32,000 nucleotides of DNA from Candidatus Heimdallarchaeota archaeon (GCA_030614005.1 JAUWKS010000012.1:1-32000); one strand, 5' to 3'; positions 17,946 to 27,992 are shown, counted from the stretch's first letter. A program made the numbers and translations. Notes: generated by a model from the letters alone, not told the origin.

Positions 17946-19121
17946 TTATTTTTCACCGAAGTAATCTGTGATAGATTTTTGTTTTGAATCTCGCTTTTCA
18001 AAATTAGATACTCTTACAGCAACTTTTCTTATAGTTTCATCTTTGTGTGTATTTCTGAATTCTTCCAGGAACTCAAAAACAGTAGAAGCTATTCTCTCTT
18101 TATCATCATTAGCAGCTAAGAAAGACCTGCTTTTATTTATGTTTTTGAAATTGCTTTGTAATTTTATCTCGAGAGTTACTGTTTTGAATCTGAAAAATCT
18201 TTTAGTTAAACGTTGATGAACTTGATCTATGAGTTTTGGTAATAATTTCTCTGCAGTAATCGGTTCTCCATCTTCAACATATCCATAGAATGTTCTGCCT
18301 TTACTAATTGATTTTGCACCATAATAGTCATTTGGTTTTAGCGTTGTTCTTCCTTCACCTGAAATAACACGATAGAAAAATTTCCCTAAACTCCCATATT
18401 TTCTAATCATTTCGTATTCCGTTTCCAATTTCATAATTTGACCAATCGTTTCAACACCATGCTTTTCCTTTAAGCGTTCTGCGGATTTAGGACCAATGCC
18501 ACTTATTCTCCTAACAGGTAAAGATTTTAGAAATTCTTTGATGTTCTCTTTTGGAATGTATGTTATTCCATTTGGCTTATTTTGAGAAGTAGCCATTTTA
18601 GCAATTGTTGTATTGGACCCAATTCCTATAGAACAAGTTATACCCTCTGTTTCAAAAATTTCTTTTTTTATTTCCACTGCTAATGGAAGAGGATTTCCGT
18701 TAAAGTTTTCATTGATTATTTTTGTTAGATTCAAATAAGCTTCATCTATGGATGCACAACGAAATTCATCTGTAAATGATGATAATATAGTCATTACACT
18801 ATCTGACACTTCTCGGTATAAACTATAATGTCCTCTTTTAATACAGATAGATTCAGGGCACAAATTCAATGCTTCGACGATAGACATCCCTGAATGTATA
18901 CCAAATTTTCTTGCTTCGTAAGTACATGTCGTTACAACTCCCCTCTTTGATTCTTTATCGCCTCCAACGATAACAGGTAACCCTTTCAGGGATGGTTGTT
19001 CTCTCACTTCTACAGCAGCAAAAAAGCAATCTAAATCTACATGAAAAAGAAAATTCCTTTCTTTATTTGGAATCATTGCTTGATTTTGTGTTTTCTGTAA
19101 TACTACCATGATTGCTACCAC
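17946..19121 (-). CDS. dinB: Y-family DNA polymerase IV (DinB/Dpo4); true start may be 19076
   Basis: FHVDLDCFFAAVE, TTCTYEARKFGIHSGM, SIDEAYL, SIGIG..KMA, HhH ISGIGPK and a little-finger domain with SRS and KVAVRVSNF. Confidence 0.95.
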   Translation of the reverse strand: MVAIMVVLQKTQNQAMIPNKERNFLFHVDLDCFFAAVEVREQPSLKGLPVIVGGDKESKRGVVTTCTYEARKFGIHSGMSIVEALNLCPESICIKRGHYSLYREVSDSVMTILSSFTDEFRCASIDEAYLNLTKIINENFNGNPLPLAVEIKKEIFETEGITCSIGIGSNTTIAKMATSQNKPNGITYIPKENIKEFLKSLPVRRISGIGPKSAERLKEKHGVETIGQIMKLETEYEMIRKYGSLGKFFYRVISGEGRTTLKPNDYYGAKSISKGRTFYGYVEDGEPITAEKLLPKLIDQVHQRLTKRFFRFKTVTLEIKLQSNFKNINKSRSFLAANDDKERIASTVFEFLEEFRNTHKDETIRKVAVRVSNFEKRDSKQKSITDYFGEK

Positions 19122-19194
19122 TAAAAGTTAGATAGGAGTTAAGCTATTAATCCCAAATAAAAATATTAACGGTTATCTTGGGAGATAAACGAAA

Positions 19195-19972
19195 CTATTC
19201 TATCCTCTTATGAGATAAACGACCATAATACATCTCTGTTCTATAATCAAATTTCACTTTTCCATTTTCTTCATATTTTTTAAAAAGTCCTTCTAGACCT
19301 TTCACTAGATGTTGATATTCTTCATGATCTTCTTTTGGAGAATAAGAGGAGGACAATACTCTTCCTTTCAAACCATTAAAATCAAAAAATTGGTAATTTT
19401 CACATGAAAAATATTCTATTGTTGATCCAAAAAATTCTTTGATGTTTTCTTCTGAAATCCTACGATGATCTGCAGAAACATAATCAGGACAATGGAGTAA
19501 TAATAATTCATTATATTCTTTTTGAAAATCGATCTTTATTAATCGAACATTCCAAACCAATACAACGTATTCCTTCTCTTTTAAAATTCTTTGAAATTCA
19601 ATCCTAGTTTTTTCTAAATCAAACCAATGAAATGCTTGTGCTACAGTAATCAAATCAATGCTATTATTGGTTAATTTTGTATTTTCAGCCGTTCCAGATA
19701 CACTTGTAAAATTAGATTTTTTTTTGAAGTCTTTTTTCAGCTGCAACTCTCATTTCACAATTAGGTTCTATTGCATATACTTGACATCCTGTCTTTAGTA
19801 ATAATTCAGTAAAAATCCCTGTTCCTGAACCAATATCTGCAATTACAGAACTTGAAGAAATAACTCCTTTTATTTGTAATTCATCAACTAGTTTAGAAGG
19901 ATAACTAGGACGATATTTTACATAATTTACTATTCTATCTGAGAAGCGTTTTGTTGGGTCTTTTCTAATCAA
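19195..19972 (-). pseudogene. Class I SAM-dependent methyltransferase split by a one-base frameshift in an A9 run (pseudogene, slippage site or assembly error)
   Basis: The upstream part has RFSDRIVNYVKYRPSYP and IADIGSGTG; the downstream part has GTAE.T.L, DLITVAQAFHWFD and VLVWN. Removing one A from the run at 19717-19725 joins the two into a single ORF. Confidence 0.85.
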
Positions 19973-20135
19973 CTATTTCCTTCGCTATTACCGTTATTAA
20001 ATAAATGAACTTCTATGAAATAACTGTTTATATCTGACTAAAAATCGTTTGTTTTTTTTGTAAAAGTATCATTCCATTCGAAGAAAAATCGGTGTTTATA
20101 TGATGTATTTCGAATATTATTTTAGAGGTACAATT

Positions 20136-20456
20136 ATGAGCATAATTGTTGATGAAGCAAATCATATCCAAGTGAAAAAGGATATCTGTATCCATATGTC
20201 CGATGGGATTCAGAAACTCATCCTTCCTGAACATGTTCAAAAAATTCTTGATTTAGTGGTTAAGAATTTTAATTCAAATTACAAGGCGATTTTCATCACA
20301 ACAAATGTCCAAGGTATACATGAAAAAGATAACATATTATTTTTACCTGTTTCAGTTATTGACAAATTGTTTTTCCATAATATTATTGCAACAAAAGTCG
20401 AAATGCAAAAGCACTCCAAAAAAATTATTCATGTAAGGTTGGCTATTGAAAAATAG
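20136..20456 (+). CDS. Hypothetical protein (about 106 aa; ORF track start 20100)
   Basis: Fills an otherwise empty gap, and GAGGT SD precedes ATG 20136. No family recognised. Confidence 0.55.
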   Translation: MSIIVDEANHIQVKKDICIHMSDGIQKLILPEHVQKILDLVVKNFNSNYKAIFITTNVQGIHEKDNILFLPVSVIDKLFFHNIIATKVEMQKHSKKIIHVRLAIEK

Positions 20457-20491
20457 CAAGTAATGTCAAAAAAAAGAAGTTTACCTCTAAA

Positions 20492-20707
20492 CTAATAAGA
20501 TAAACAAATGCCAAATATAACAGTCTGAATTATTAGAACGATTACTAAAATTAGTCTCAACCAATAACTATTGTTAACATAATTTTTATTCAGATTTTGT
20601 AATCTTTTTTCAAACATCCAAATTAAATTAGGAATATCTTTTTCTGTTAATTTATTTGGATCATCAACATAATCATCTTCATTAAAAAGTGAATTTTCCT
20701 CTACCAA
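20492..20707 (-). CDS. Small tail-anchored membrane protein (71 aa)
   Basis: Acidic N-terminus and one C-terminal hydrophobic helix (WLRLILVIVLIIQTVIFGICL). GGTGA SD precedes the TTG start. Confidence 0.55.
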   Translation of the reverse strand: MVEENSLFNEDDYVDDPNKLTEKDIPNLIWMFEKRLQNLNKNYVNNSYWLRLILVIVLIIQTVIFGICLSY

Positions 20708-20847
20708 TATGCTCTCACCAAATATCTATTTTTCACCTATAATTATGAACTTAGCTAAATTAAATAATAAAAAGGTTGAAAGAGTTTTTAAGTGAAGAAA
20801 TAAGCAACTTGTATGCTTATTAAAAAATCGAAAGAGATGAATGATTA

Positions 20848-20952
20848 ATGATTGACTCAAATATTATCCTTTACATTGTTTACCTGGTTTTAATTCTCGG
20901 CGGTTTCTTAGCCTTGGGTTATCATCTTGTCAGCGGTGAAGAAGAGGAGTAG
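20848..20952 (+). CDS. 34-aa single-pass membrane microprotein (below the ORF track cutoff)
   Basis: Hand translation: MIDSNIILYIVYLVLILGGFLALGYHLVSGEEEE followed by TAG. Confidence 0.55.
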   Translation: MIDSNIILYIVYLVLILGGFLALGYHLVSGEEEE

Positions 20953-21103
20953 TTTACTTCTCCCATTTTTTGTTGTTATACTGACATTCTCTACCAATTT
21001 TCCTTAAATTAACTGAGAGTAGATTTACAACTACTAACAATTTCTCGAAGTTATCTTTTATTTTAAAAGAAGATGCAAAGCGTAAGAAATCAAGGGTATT
21101 TTT

Positions 21104-23968
21104 ATGCTCGATTTCAGTAATTTTAGTCCGGCCTTACGAGAAGTAATTACTTCTCTTGGTTTTGAAGAATTCACTCCTATTCAGGAATTAGCCTTTCCGG
21201 TACTTCAAGAAAATAGAAATGCACTTATCATTAGTGCCACAGGTTCTGGAAAAACTGAAGCAGCTGTTTTCCCTGTTTTCGATCAACTTATTCGGGATCG
21301 CGAAGCAAACGGTCTTAGACCTGGTATTAATATTTTGTATATCACCCCTCTCCGTGCCCTTAATCGAGATATTTTCAAACGAGTTATTGAAATTGGAGAT
21401 CAACTGGGTATTAAAACAAGCATCCGTCATTCCGATACTACTCAACACCAACGCAGACAGCAAACTTTGAACCCGCCTCACCTTTTAGTGACTACTCCTG
21501 AAACGCTGGGTATTATTCTAACTGCTAAACGCCTTGGTCAGCATCTTCGTAATGTCTCATGGGTAATAGTTGATGAGATTCATGAGCTTGTTGATTCGAA
21601 GAGAGGCACACAGTTATTCCTTTCTTTGGAGCGCCTTGAACAATTTTGTAAGAACAGTTTCCAGAGAATTGGTCTTTCTGCAACGATTGGTGATGCTCAG
21701 TTAGTTGCTAATCTGTTAGCAGGAGTAGGCAGAAATTGTGTTATCCTTGAAGAACCAACAATTAAATCAATTAACCTTTCAATTGTTTACCCTCAAACCA
21801 CTAAGGAAGATGAAGAACTTTCTGAAAAGATTTTTTCGAGTCCTGAAGCCTCAGCTCGAGCTCGAAAGGTAATTGATATTATTCAGGAGAATGCTCATAC
21901 CCTTGTTTTTACTAATACTCGTCAATTTACTGAAATTCTTGGCAATAGAATGCGTTTAATTGGCACCGATTTTCCCTTTGGAGTGCATCATGGTTCTCTT
22001 TCCAAAGATATTCGAAAAGAAGCTGAAGACCGTTTTAAAAGTGGTAATTTGAAAGCAATAATTTGTACTTCTAGTCTCGAGTTAGGCATTGATATTGGTT
22101 CAGTAGATACTGTTATCCAGATGATGTCAAGCCGAGAAATTGCTCCTCTCCTCCAACGTATAGGCAGAAGTGGCCATAAAATTAACCAAACTAGCAAAGG
22201 AATACTCATTACAATTGATGCAGAAGATATTCTAGAAGCAGCAGTAATAGGTCGAAAAGCACTTATAAAAGAACTTGAACCACCAAAACCACACTTCTCA
22301 CCTTGGGAAGTATTAGCACACCAAATAACTGGTATTTTAATGGAAAATGCTCCTCGAACAGTTGATGAATTATTTGCCATTATTAGTCGTGCTTATCCTT
22401 TCAAAGACATTACCAAAGAAAAATTGTGGGAACTTCTACGGTTAATGAAGGAGTTAGGCACCCTCTGGGTTGAGGACGATGGTACAGTTACTCGAAGAAA
22501 GTATACCTTACATTATTACTTTGGCAATCTTAGTCCTATTAGAGATGTAAAACGATATCAAATCTATGATGTTGCTACGAACAGCATCGTTGGCTCTCTT
22601 GATGAGGAATTTGTTCAGATTTCGGGTGCAGTTGGAACTGTTTTTATCGTTAAAGGTGTTCCCTGGAAAATCCTTGCAATTCAAGATGAAAGAGTTGAAG
22701 TTGCTCCAGTCCATAATCCTATAGGCGCTATTCCTGCATGGGATGGTGAACTAATTCCTGTTCCATTTTCAGTGGCTCAAGAAGTAGGTGAAATACGTGG
22801 CAAGGTTTGGGAGATATTCAATACATCTGACGATTTGAATGATGCTAAAGAAGCACTGACGGATTATCCTATTGATGAAGATTCCAAAGATGAAGTTATT
22901 AAATATCTATTTGATCATTATTCGAAAGATAATCCAATGCCTACCAACAAGAGAATTGTTATTGAGACATGTGGTAATTTTGGCATTATTCATACTGATT
23001 TTGGCACTAATGTGAATCAAACGCTAGGACAACTTGTTGGTTCTTTGTTGATGGCTAGGTTTGCTTGTGCAATTAATATTCGAGCTGATTCCTATAGGAT
23101 TATTCTTAGTTTTCCATATTATCTTAAACCACAACATATAGAAGGGGCTTTCCGTGAATTACGAGGTAATTTCGTTGAAGAGCTTCTTCGAAGAACTATA
23201 CCACAAACATCTATGTATGATTGGCGGTTTATCCATATTGCCAAACGTTTCGGTGCAATTAGAGGTCATTGGGAAGGTAGAAAAATATCTCCTAAACGAA
23301 TTGCTCGAGCCTATGAGGGTTCACTTATTGCCGATTCTACTTTTAAAGAGCTTCTCCATGATAAACTAGACGTTGAACAAACCAAGATAGTTCTTGAAAA
23401 AATAAACAGCCGCGAAATTGAATTTGCTTTTAGTGAGAAGAAATCTTTAGAAGCTATCTCCCCTCTTGCTCGTTCTGCTCTGAATCAATTGAGATTTACA
23501 GGATTTATTATTCCTTCAAAACCAGATCGTCAACTTGCCAAGAAAGTACAGGAAAGACTTGACAAGAAAGAGGTACGATTAATTTGTATGTGGTGCGGTA
23601 AGTATAATGTCATTTCCACTGTAGGAAATCTTGATGATAAACCTGAATGTCCAAAGTGCGGTGCGCGCTATCTTGCTGCAGTGTCAGTATATAATGAAGA
23701 TCTTCATTCAATAGTTAAAAAACACCTTCGAAGGGAAAAACTCACACCAGATGAAGAAAAAATCCTCAAAAAAGGTTTCAAAAGTGCTGATTTAGTTATT
23801 GCTTCAGGAAAGAAAGCAATTATTGCGCTCTCTGCTCGAGGCATTGGTCCTAGAAGCGCAAGTAAAGTTCTTCTGAAGAGTTACTCTAAGGATGATTACG
23901 AGTTCTATTCCGAAATAATTGATGCAGAAAAAGAATATTCACGTACACGCCCGTTCTGGGGTGATTAA
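21104..23968 (+). CDS. lhr: Lhr-family SF2 DEAH/DExH helicase with C-terminal Zn-ribbon extension
   Basis: ATGSGKT, YITPLRALNRD, TTPETL, VDEIH, LSAT, LVFTNTR, HHGSLS, TSSLELGIDIG and QRIGRSGH, plus CMWC...CPKC near the C-terminus. Confidence 0.93.
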   Translation: MLDFSNFSPALREVITSLGFEEFTPIQELAFPVLQENRNALIISATGSGKTEAAVFPVFDQLIRDREANGLRPGINILYITPLRALNRDIFKRVIEIGDQLGIKTSIRHSDTTQHQRRQQTLNPPHLLVTTPETLGIILTAKRLGQHLRNVSWVIVDEIHELVDSKRGTQLFLSLERLEQFCKNSFQRIGLSATIGDAQLVANLLAGVGRNCVILEEPTIKSINLSIVYPQTTKEDEELSEKIFSSPEASARARKVIDIIQENAHTLVFTNTRQFTEILGNRMRLIGTDFPFGVHHGSLSKDIRKEAEDRFKSGNLKAIICTSSLELGIDIGSVDTVIQMMSSREIAPLLQRIGRSGHKINQTSKGILITIDAEDILEAAVIGRKALIKELEPPKPHFSPWEVLAHQITGILMENAPRTVDELFAIISRAYPFKDITKEKLWELLRLMKELGTLWVEDDGTVTRRKYTLHYYFGNLSPIRDVKRYQIYDVATNSIVGSLDEEFVQISGAVGTVFIVKGVPWKILAIQDERVEVAPVHNPIGAIPAWDGELIPVPFSVAQEVGEIRGKVWEIFNTSDDLNDAKEALTDYPIDEDSKDEVIKYLFDHYSKDNPMPTNKRIVIETCGNFGIIHTDFGTNVNQTLGQLVGSLLMARFACAINIRADSYRIILSFPYYLKPQHIEGAFRELRGNFVEELLRRTIPQTSMYDWRFIHIAKRFGAIRGHWEGRKISPKRIARAYEGSLIADSTFKELLHDKLDVEQTKIVLEKINSREIEFAFSEKKSLEAISPLARSALNQLRFTGFIIPSKPDRQLAKKVQERLDKKEVRLICMWCGKYNVISTVGNLDDKPECPKCGARYLAAVSVYNEDLHSIVKKHLRREKLTPDEEKILKKGFKSADLVIASGKKAIIALSARGIGPRSASKVLLKSYSKDDYEFYSEIIDAEKEYSRTRPFWGD

Positions 23969-24013
23969 CACTCGAGAGAAAAGAATTATTTATCGTAGTA
24001 TCTTTGTTAAGAC

Positions 24014-24637
24014 ATGGAAGCTTTTGCTTGGTTACTTATTTTCGTTGGAAGACCAAATGCTGGTAAGAGTTCGCTAATTGGAAAATTAACTGCGGTTAAT
24101 CCTATTGTTGGAAAGAAACCAGGTTCTACCCGACGTATAAAAGAATATAATCTCTCTAAAAAATTCAAAGTTGTTGATGTTCCAGGGTGGGGTAAAGTTC
24201 ATAGCAGAACTAAGGACTATGAAGAACGAGTGAAACAAGATATTGTTGATTATTTTGAAGAAAATAGTTTTCGAATACCTGCCTGTGTTCTTGTAATTGA
24301 TGCTAAAAGCTTAATTGATGTTTCTAAGCGCCTTGCAAAAAAGAAAATCATTCCTATTGATCAAGAATTATATCAATTCATAATTTCAAACAAAATTAAG
24401 CCTATTGTTGTTCTAAATAAAATTGACAAAATCTACAAGCACGAGGCAGACCAAGCAATGGATTATTTTAAAGAAATGGTTGGTTTTAATCGATTATCCG
24501 AGCAACTTCAAGAATCATTTATTTTTGTTAGTGCTAAACGAGGAACCAATTTAGATTCTTTGAGAGATTTAATTCGTCAACGGTTACGTGATAACGGAGT
24601 AGAAGAATTTGAGCGATATGTTAAACTTTCAAAATAG
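24014..24637 (+). CDS. engB: EngB/YihA/YsxC-family GTP-binding protein
   Basis: G1 GRPNAGKSS, G2 PGST, G3 DVPG(WG), G4 NKID and G5 SAK. Confidence 0.88.
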   Translation: MEAFAWLLIFVGRPNAGKSSLIGKLTAVNPIVGKKPGSTRRIKEYNLSKKFKVVDVPGWGKVHSRTKDYEERVKQDIVDYFEENSFRIPACVLVIDAKSLIDVSKRLAKKKIIPIDQELYQFIISNKIKPIVVLNKIDKIYKHEADQAMDYFKEMVGFNRLSEQLQESFIFVSAKRGTNLDSLRDLIRQRLRDNGVEEFERYVKLSK

Positions 24638-24771
24638 GGAAATTTATATGGAAAATTTGAGTTTTTCCGAAACAATTTTTAAGGTATAGAAGAAAAACCG
24701 AAAGTATAAATCATTTAGTATCGAATATTTGATACTTCAAACTTTGAACGCACTTACGAAAGGTCTGTAGA

Positions 24772-25245
24772 ATGTCAAATCTTAATATTCAATGGAAACT
24801 TGGAAAACCCTTAGGTGTCTTAGCTATTCTTGCTGGGTTCGCTTTATTAACACAATTACCGATTATTTATCACGCTCGAGAGATTCTCAAAGTAATTAGT
24901 AGCCAATATCTTGCTGCCTATATCACTATCACTATTGCAGCAGTATTCATTATTGCTAACGCAGAAATAATTTTGTATGAAGCTCTTCTTGTGCGATTAA
25001 GAACCTATGATATCAAAGATTATAGAGCGCCTTTCATATCCGCAACAGCAATTACTGTTGTATATTATCTATGTTATTACATTACGTTTGCTATTCTAAA
25101 CGGTGTTGATCTCTTTACTATTCTAAATCCAGTAGAGCAATATGCACTTTGTCAAATAGTGGGATTAGTACTAATAATGCTCATTTCCTTCTGGTATAAT
25201 ACAAGACAATCAAGAGTATATGGTACAGCCGCCAGCAGAAAGTAA
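24772..25245 (+). CDS. Hypothetical integral membrane protein (about 4 TM)
   Basis: Four hydrophobic segments. No family recognised. Confidence 0.7.
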   Translation: MSNLNIQWKLGKPLGVLAILAGFALLTQLPIIYHAREILKVISSQYLAAYITITIAAVFIIANAEIILYEALLVRLRTYDIKDYRAPFISATAITVVYYLCYYITFAILNGVDLFTILNPVEQYALCQIVGLVLIMLISFWYNTRQSRVYGTAASRK

Positions 25246-25288
25246 TTCTGCTTGCCCTTTTTATCTTTTTTATTTGCAAAGCAAGCGA

Positions 25289-26434
25289 TTATGAAACTGG
25301 TTTCCAAAGTAGACCCAGCGCATCTGCTTTTTCAGTTGCTTTTTGCCATTCTGTAGGGGTAATTCTTTGGTTGATGGAACTGTATGTCTTTGGTTCTCTT
25401 CTGACAAGATATTCGGGACGATATTGGTCCATTAGATTAATCAATGCTTTTGGTACTTCCTTTGCGCACCAGTCTAAAATCGGAAAGGTATCTTGGTCTA
25501 CTCTTCCAGGCATAATTAAATGCCGAATAAGAATTTCTCCGGAACCCTCATCATAAGCTAATTTGATATTTCGAGTGATAATTTCTTGATAATTGTTTAT
25601 ACCAGACATTTTCTTGGCAAAATCATTTTCCCAGAATTTAAAATCAGGCAACCAAAAATCCATTAACTCGAGTAGTAATTTCGTCGCTTCTAAGGATTGA
25701 TACATATTAGAATTCCAAAGAATAGTAATACTTTTTTCAAAATGTTTCAGAGCAGAAATAATAGTATGCAAATTTGGTGTAGGATCTCCTCCAACGAAGT
25801 TGATATTTCTTACTCCATCTTTCCATAATTTTTCAGCCATTAAAGCAACTTGCTTAGAGGTTACTTTTACACCTTCTGTGACTTTGTTTTCAACAGCATC
25901 GCCCCATTCTTGTGAGATATCAGAATTTTGACAAAATACGCAAGTGAAAGTGCAGCCAGTAAAAAAAATCGTTCCACTTGGAACTAACACTGATTCTTCA
26001 CCTGTGTGAGCAAAAGCAGAAGAAATATAGCTATCCATCCCCAATCGACAGAAACCGACTTTTCCTTGGGCTCTATTTGTTCCGCAGCGCCGTTCACAAA
26101 AATGACAATTTTCTAATATTTTGTATGTTATTTTTTCTTTCAAATCAAGAAATGATTTTTCCGGAGAAGGTAGTTCATTTAACAGTATTTTTTCAGAATC
26201 GACTTTCATAAGGAGCTCTTTGAATTCTATTGCAGCTTGTTCATGTGCATTCCACAATTTTTCCAATGGCTCTTCGAATGAAATATCGACTGCTAATTTC
26301 TTTGTGATAAGATAACGGGGTATTTTATTGCCATCTAGTATGCCTTTGTATCTTAAGTAACGATTACATACCGCTTCGTTTTTCCAAACATTTGCTGCAT
26401 CAGGTCGATGTAGAAACCACATAGGAAACTCCAC
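25289..26434 (-). CDS. Radical SAM protein, PflX-like (pyruvate formate-lyase activating enzyme homolog); start GTG 26434 or ATG 26422
   Basis: Auxiliary CHFCERRC, radical SAM motif CTFTCVFC in IFFTGCTFTCVFCQNSDISQ, GGDPTP, WNSNMY, LPDFKF, RHLIMPG and MDQYRP. Confidence 0.88.
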   Translation of the reverse strand: MEFPMWFLHRPDAANVWKNEAVCNRYLRYKGILDGNKIPRYLITKKLAVDISFEEPLEKLWNAHEQAAIEFKELLMKVDSEKILLNELPSPEKSFLDLKEKITYKILENCHFCERRCGTNRAQGKVGFCRLGMDSYISSAFAHTGEESVLVPSGTIFFTGCTFTCVFCQNSDISQEWGDAVENKVTEGVKVTSKQVALMAEKLWKDGVRNINFVGGDPTPNLHTIISALKHFEKSITILWNSNMYQSLEATKLLLELMDFWLPDFKFWENDFAKKMSGINNYQEIITRNIKLAYDEGSGEILIRHLIMPGRVDQDTFPILDWCAKEVPKALINLMDQYRPEYLVRREPKTYSSINQRITPTEWQKATEKADALGLLWKPVS

Positions 26435-26530
26435 AATAATTTAGTATTGAAGTAATATTATTTTTTCGACAAAACAAAGATTCTTAAATCTAAATCTAGT
26501 AGACAATATAGTTCTATAATTAGAGTTATT

Positions 26531-27424
26531 TTGGTGAAAAAATTGAAAAAAATGTTTAAAATCGGTTTACCATTATTAACTATTATTTTGGTTTTAAGCA
26601 CAACAATGGTTAGAGCTGAATATAACGTAAGTGTTGGTCAAGCTAATGGTTATGTAGTGAGTACATCAAATTGGACAATAGCTATTGGTGACAATTCCGG
26701 CGGCGGCACAGGTTTCAATTTAGATGGCAATAATTATACAGAAGGATCAAGCCTTAATATTGAAGTGACGAGTGCTTCCACAACTACAGTTGGTTATAAT
26801 CTAACTGTTGATGGAGATGAATAGAAATTTACTTCAAGTGGTTTGGGAAATACCTTTTTCATACTTGGAACTTTATTCTTACCAATGATGCTGCCAGCAA
26901 CGATAGGTAGTACTTGGGATCAAGCAGAAATGGATATGGGTCCAATTCTCTGGGGTGATTTCTTCATGGATACCTCATTTGCAAATCTATTTTATAAATA
27001 TGCAAATAATCAAACGTACCTAGACGAAGTATTCGAACGCGAAGATTATACTGATGGAATTACTTTCAATAAACTCGCTGCTTCTTTTGAAAATGATACT
27101 GACATTGCTATTTTTGACTATGCTTTAGATATGGACTGGATTAATTCGACAACCGATATTGATTTCGGTGGTAAATTCAGCTGGAAATTAGCTTTTGATC
27201 AAACCACTGGTTGGGTCAAAGGTTGGAGAATATTCATGGATTACGGTGGAACTGTCGATGGTACTTTAATCGATATTCTATGGAATCAGCTTGTTCAGCA
27301 ATCTGGTTATACCTTAGGTGATTTCGCAATAGGTACTGGTTTATTCCCAGGATTTGAATGGTTCTTAATTCTCCCAGCACTAGGCTTATTAGCTATACCA
27401 GTGATAATTAAGAAGCGAAAATAA
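26531..27424 (+). pseudogene. Glycosylated cell-surface protein with PGF-TM-basic tail, interrupted by a single in-frame TAG at 26822-26824
   Basis: The two track ORFs (26531..26824 and 26843..27424) share a frame: ...LTVDGDE*KFTSSGLGNTFF... Signal peptide at the N-terminus, FPGFEWFLILPALGLLAIPVIIKKRK at the C-terminus, and 7 sequons. It resembles Heimdallarchaeia 'choice-of-anchor S' proteins (from recall, not searched). Confidence 0.8.
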
Positions 27425-27542
27425 GTAATTATGTGTAGAATTTTCTACACTATCCTTTTATTTTTTAGTTTTCAGTAGTTTTTTATTTAGTAAATACATT
27501 TGAGAACTGATTTCAAATTAATCTTTAAATGAGGAAGTTATT

Positions 27543-27992
27543 TTGTACAAAGAAATAGAGAGAAAAGCATTGAAATATTTTAAAGGAGATTATAATTGTT
27601 CTCAATCTGTTCTGAGAACCGTCTTGGAAGAAAAAGGAGTCTTTTTCGATCAAGCACTTTTTGTTACAGCAGCTTTTGGTGGCGGGATAATCGGAAGGGG
27701 AGAAATATGTGGTGCGGTATCGGGGGCAATCATGTCACTTGGGGTTCTAAATGGTCAACTCTATGATAATATTACTGAGGTAAAAGATGCAACAAGAGAA
27801 GATACAATTAATTTTTACAAACGATTCCAAGAGATATTCAGGCACAATACTTGTTTCGGGTTAATAGGAATAGATCCAAATGACCCTGATGCAAAACAAA
27901 AGGCCTCTGATGCAGGAATCTATTCAGAAAATTGTCCTAAATTTGTTGTTGAAGCAGTAAAAATTGTTTTAGAAATGCATAAGGAAAAATAA
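27543..27992 (+). CDS. C_GCAxxG_C_C family putative redox-active protein
   Basis: YNCSQSV, FGGG..GRGEICGAVSGA, TCFGL and NCPKFV. The TTG start is preceded by GAGG. Confidence 0.88.
   Translation: MYKEIERKALKYFKGDYNCSQSVLRTVLEEKGVFFDQALFVTAAFGGGIIGRGEICGAVSGAIMSLGVLNGQLYDNITEVKDATREDTINFYKRFQEIFRHNTCFGLIGIDPNDPDAKQKASDAGIYSENCPKFVVEAVKIVLEMHKEK

Noticed and set aside
26822-26824. Pyrrolysine or genome-wide amber recoding as the explanation for the in-frame TAG
   Set aside because: TAG is the evident true stop of many genes here (for example those ending at 3590, 5137, 5749, 7130, 15977, 17390 and 24637). There are no pyl genes in the window, and the protein is not a methylamine methyltransferase. 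It is kept only as a low-probability option.
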